Positions 59,866 through 64,000 of a stretch of 64,000 bases of DNA are shown one piece after another (the stretch's first letter is position 1; every line of letters begins with the position of its first letter). The translations under genes were made by a program, and so were the position numbers. A model generated the notes under the pieces. The model made no database searches, was not told the origin of the DNA, and was given only the letters and a program-made list of their open reading frames with translations. The DNA is from Tubulanus polymorphus (taxonomy: Eukaryota; Animalia; Nemertea): positions 5,940,275 through 6,004,274 of the forward strand of contig NC_134032.1 of assembly GCF_964204645.1 (NCBI RefSeq), written 5' to 3'.

Positions 59866-62800
59866 TGTCGTGACTCGCAGAAGAGAGCGCTGCAAAAGGT
59901 ATGTCCACCTTACTTACCTTACATCATAAATTCGGTAAACTCGAAGAAATTGAGCGAGATCTTGTCAGTGAGTGTACGTTAAAGGGCGCAGCTTTGAGCG
60001 AATTCGTTTCAGCCGGAGACGATGAATTGAATGATAAATTGACAGATATCAATTTTCTCGAATTTGCGTTTAACGAGCTTTTGTCGAAAAATAGGTCCGA
60101 TTCGAACAATGCGGCAACCCATCAAAGGTCGAGAATTTCGTTGCCAAAATTGCAATTACCGAAATTTAGTGGCGATATCCTAGAATGGTCGCCCTTCTGG
60201 GATTTGTTCGAATCTACAGTCGACAACCAACATTCGCTGAGTGACGTCGAAAAGTTCGGTCATCTGAAATGCCATTTAGGCGGTGACGCAAGGCTCGTTA
60301 TTGAAGGTCTGCCTTTAACTTCCGTTAATTATGTTAAAGCTAAACAACTCTTGAAGGATAGATTTGGCGTTTCTCATAAGATAAGCGAGGCCAATTTGAA
60401 CCAACTAGTTGATTTAGAACCTCCAGTCTACAGTTTAAATTCGTTGCGTCGTTTTTATGATAATTTAGAGCTGCATATCCGAAGTCTTGAATCTTTGAAG
60501 GTCGGGGCCGAGTCCTATGGTACACTTCTAGTTCCTATTACCATGAATAAATTGCCCGTGAGGTAAAGCGGAACATTGCGCGTGCGAATGGGAGTTGCGA
60601 ATTTGAATTGTCTGTGTTACGTTCTGCGATATTAGATGAAATTAATATTCTCGAGTTCTGCGATACGTCATCAGCCGGAACGATGACGTCACTTCTCGTC
60701 GACAATAATACCGCAAAGAATGTGCATGATTATAATCGTGTGAAGTTTAAATGTCGTTTTTGTCAGTCGAATGACCATTACCCACGGCTTGTGGGCTATA
60801 CGTTGAACCGCAGGCTAGGCTGAATTTTGTTTTACGAAACAAGTTATGTTTCAATTGTCTTGGTGCTCATAGAATGAATAAATGTTCGTCAAAGGGTTCA
60901 TGTAGAGTTTGTAACAAACGACATCATACTAGTATTCATGGGGCGGAATTTCCGGGGCAGTTGAAAGTTCAAGTTCATTCTGTTAATTCGAAAGCTGGGC
61001 CCTCACATCCACCGGTAGCTAAAACTCCACGTGAATTACAACATGGTAAAACGTCTAATAACGTTTCTAATTCAGATTCAGGGTCTTCAGATAAGGCTGG
61101 CATTGATGATCCACCGCCGCCAGTTTCTGAATTTAATCATCTTTCCGTGGTTTAGGGTGGTGTTTCCTCTACTATATATCTGAAGACTGCTGTAGCACCG
61201 GTGGAGAGTGAAGGTACTCACATCGTACTTTCGTTACGTCGGCATTAGTTCGCCAGCTAGGTGTTAAACCTCATAGATTTGAATCCGTTGATTTGAGTGG
61301 GTTCGGTGCTGTCAGTACTGGGTCTAGAGTAGTTGACGTCGTGTGGATCAGTATTACGTGTACTGTTGATAAATCAGTTGTTTCTGTAGAAGCTATCGTT
61401 GTATCGGAGATAACCAGACCACTCAGAGTTTCTAACAGTTCAGTTAATTGCATACCTGAATTTTAAGGTTTGAATTTTGCCCATCCGCCGGGGTACAGTT
61501 CTAGTTCCTTTGATATCTCATTACTCATTGGATCTGATTATTACTACCTTTTTGTTCTTGGTAATCAGTTCATTAAATCTGCATGTGGCCCGGTTGCTGT
61601 TCCGTCGAAATTGGGTCATTTAATTGCGGGTCGGTATAACGGTGATGACTTAACCAATTCTGTTCAATTGTCTATAATTGCTGAACCTGACACTTTCGAT
61701 CTCAGACGTTTCTGGTCTCTAGAAACGTTGGGTATAGAGTCACCTACTGACCGAGATACATATTTTCTGGATGAGTTCTGTAGTAAGTCTATCATGTTAG
61801 TAGACGGGAGATACAGGGTTAATTTGCCTTGGAAAGATAATCACGGCATACTACCCACAAATTATAATGTTTCCAAAGCCAGAACTCGCTCTACGGTTCG
61901 CCGCATCGCTAAAACCGAAGGTTTGTTGGAGAAATATAGTGCTGTAATTACTGATCAATTGTCACGTGGGTTTATTGAGCCTGTTGAAATTCCCTCCGTT
62001 TCTAGCACTCGTGAGCATTATATTCCTCATCACCCGGTTTTCAGGCAGTCATCTACTACTCCGATTCGTATTGTTTTCGATTGCAGCTGTCGACAGTCGA
62101 AGTCTTCCGTATCTCTTAATGACTGCCTGGAAGCTGGGTCACCGTTGCTGAACGATATTACTTCTATTTTGATGCGTTTCCGTTTGTTCAATTATGGGAT
62201 TGCCACCGATATCGAGAAAGCATTCTTGCAGATTGAATTAAGTCCTGATGATCGTGATTCAACCAGATTTTTTTGGTTGAGTGACTCTAGCGATCCGGAG
62301 AGCGAGTTTACTATATATAGATTCAAGCGTATCTTGTTCGGGGCTACATGTTCACCCTTTTTATTGAATAGTTGCATTATAAACCATGAGAAATCATGAG
62401 AGTGAACTTTCTCAACAACTTCTGAGAGACATATATGTTGATAACATTGTATCTAGTGTTCCTACTGAGTCAGATGCTTTGCGTTTTTTCCACGGTTCTA
62501 GACAAGCTTCTCGGAAGTCAATTTGAATTTACGTTGTTGGTCCTCTCACTCGAAAGAGCTCCAAAAGTTTGCTACTGATCATGGGTATATAGAAAGCTCT
62601 ACTGTCGTGAATATTTTTGGTATCAGTTGGGATGTTGAAAAGGATGAATTGTCTTATGTTCCCAAAGTTTTATCATCTGTTTATCCATGCACAAAACGCC
62701 TTGTCCTACAGAGAGCTGCAACAGTTTATGATCCACTAGGTCTCCTAGCTCCAGTTACGATTCGAACTAAAATGCTATTGCAGGATATTTGGAAGCAAAA

Positions 62801-64000
62801 CTTTGACTGGGATGAACCCTTGTCCGTAGAGTTTCGAACTAAATGGCAAACTATACTTGTTGATATTCGTGAGAGTTTAGAGTTGAGTTTCCCTCGTATT
62901 GTAAATTGTCATTTACTGGACGGTACAGATTCACCCGTTGAGTTACATGTTACATGTTTTGTGACAGCAGTATCTCCGCTTATGGAGCCGTTGTTTATAT
63001 CCGTTGTGGAAATGAATCAAGTAATTTTGATTGCAAAAGCTAGGGTCGCACCTGTCAAGGAACTCACGGTTCCTAAACTTGAACTTATGGCCGCGTTAAT
63101 TGGTTCGCGATTGATTAAACATGCTTATGATTCTATATCTGTTGTTATTGATTTACCTGTTGGACTCTTTGCGTGGTCCGACAGTCAAATTGTACTTGGC
63201 TGGCTTTGTTCGAACAAGAAGTTGTCTGCTTTTGTTTCTAACCGTGTAAAAGAGATCAAGTCTCTCGTATCAGTTGAAAACTGGCATTATTGTCCTACAG
63301 CTTTCAACTCGGCTGATTTGTTAACAAGAGGTGGTTCAGTTCAAAATTTGAAGTCCGATTTGTGGCTCCATGGTCCGGATTGGTTGGTCAACGATTTATT
63401 TCGTCCTACTCTTGTTGACACGTCAGCGTTGTTACATTCTGATGTAATTAATGATGATTCTATTCATACGAATCCTATCATAGATGTTCCTGGTTCTATT
63501 GATCAAGTGATCAACATTGATGATTACTCGTCTTTGATTGTATTGTTGAGAGTTACGGCTTATGTCCGTCGTTTTATATTTAACCTGAAGTGTCGTGGTG
63601 ATGGACGCGTCACGCATCAACTTCATGCTTCTGAAATCGACGAAGCGGAATGTTTGTGGATTAAACGGCTGCAAGATGTATCGTATCATGACGTGAAAAC
63701 TAACCTTCTTAATGGTTCGAAGAAACGTTGTTCATTAATCGGTCAACTCCATGTGTTCCTTGATGAAAGGGGTATAATTCGTTGTAAGGGACGCATTCAA
63801 AATTCTTCGTTACCTTCTGATATGAAATGTCCTATTCTTATTCCAAAACATTCTCGCTTAGCCGATTTGATAGCACATGACGCACATTTGAGAGTATTTC
63901 ACCTCGGTGTTCCTGCAACGGTCGCTAAGATTAGAGAAAGGTATTGGATAATACAAATTCGTCAGTTCATTAAGTCTCATGTGCGACGTTGCGTGACATG
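59866..64000 (+). mobile_element. BEL/Pao LTR retrotransposon 2, gag-pol with stops and frameshifts, running off the window end
   Basis: DUF1759-like LPKLQLPKFSGDILEWSPFWDLF...LKDRFG; knuckles CFNCLGAH..C and CRVCNKRHHTSIH. RT motifs YIPHHPV, RIVFDCS, DIEKAFLQI, FGATCSPF, YVDN; RNase H-like WSDSQI; integrase H2C2 at the end. Confidence 0.95.

Overview
This is an AT-rich, repeat-dense window from an animal genome, most likely a spiralian/lophotrochozoan invertebrate. That placement is inferred from the ELH-like neuropeptide and the transposon families present. The only convincing intact host gene is a neuropeptide precursor exon at 40772-41163 (+). It encodes a signal peptide and a KR-flanked, GKR-amidated 40-aa peptide of the CRH/DH44/egg-laying-hormone family. 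Candidate upstream 5' exons lie near 15.4-15.6 kb and 24.0-24.14 kb, and the second would splice in frame. The left end (0.2-7.1 kb) is a near full-length, decayed RTE-X-like LINE sitting inside a 22-bp minisatellite, itself interrupted by a satellite-carrying Helentron-type (HINE) element. The middle (7-48 kb) is intergenic or intronic DNA with many MITEs, SINE heads, Helitron 3' ends and Penelope-type hammerhead remnants. A decayed 7TM gustatory-receptor-like pseudogene lies at about 47.9-49.0 kb (-). The right end (49-64 kb) is a nested transposon cluster: a CR1/L2 LINE with nested MITEs, two decayed BEL/Pao retrotransposons, a solo LTR with TSD, two inverted copies of a TIR-less 670-bp element, and an unexplained long hairpin plus an AT-rich zinc-finger fragment. 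All family assignments come from motif recognition by eye, not from database searches.
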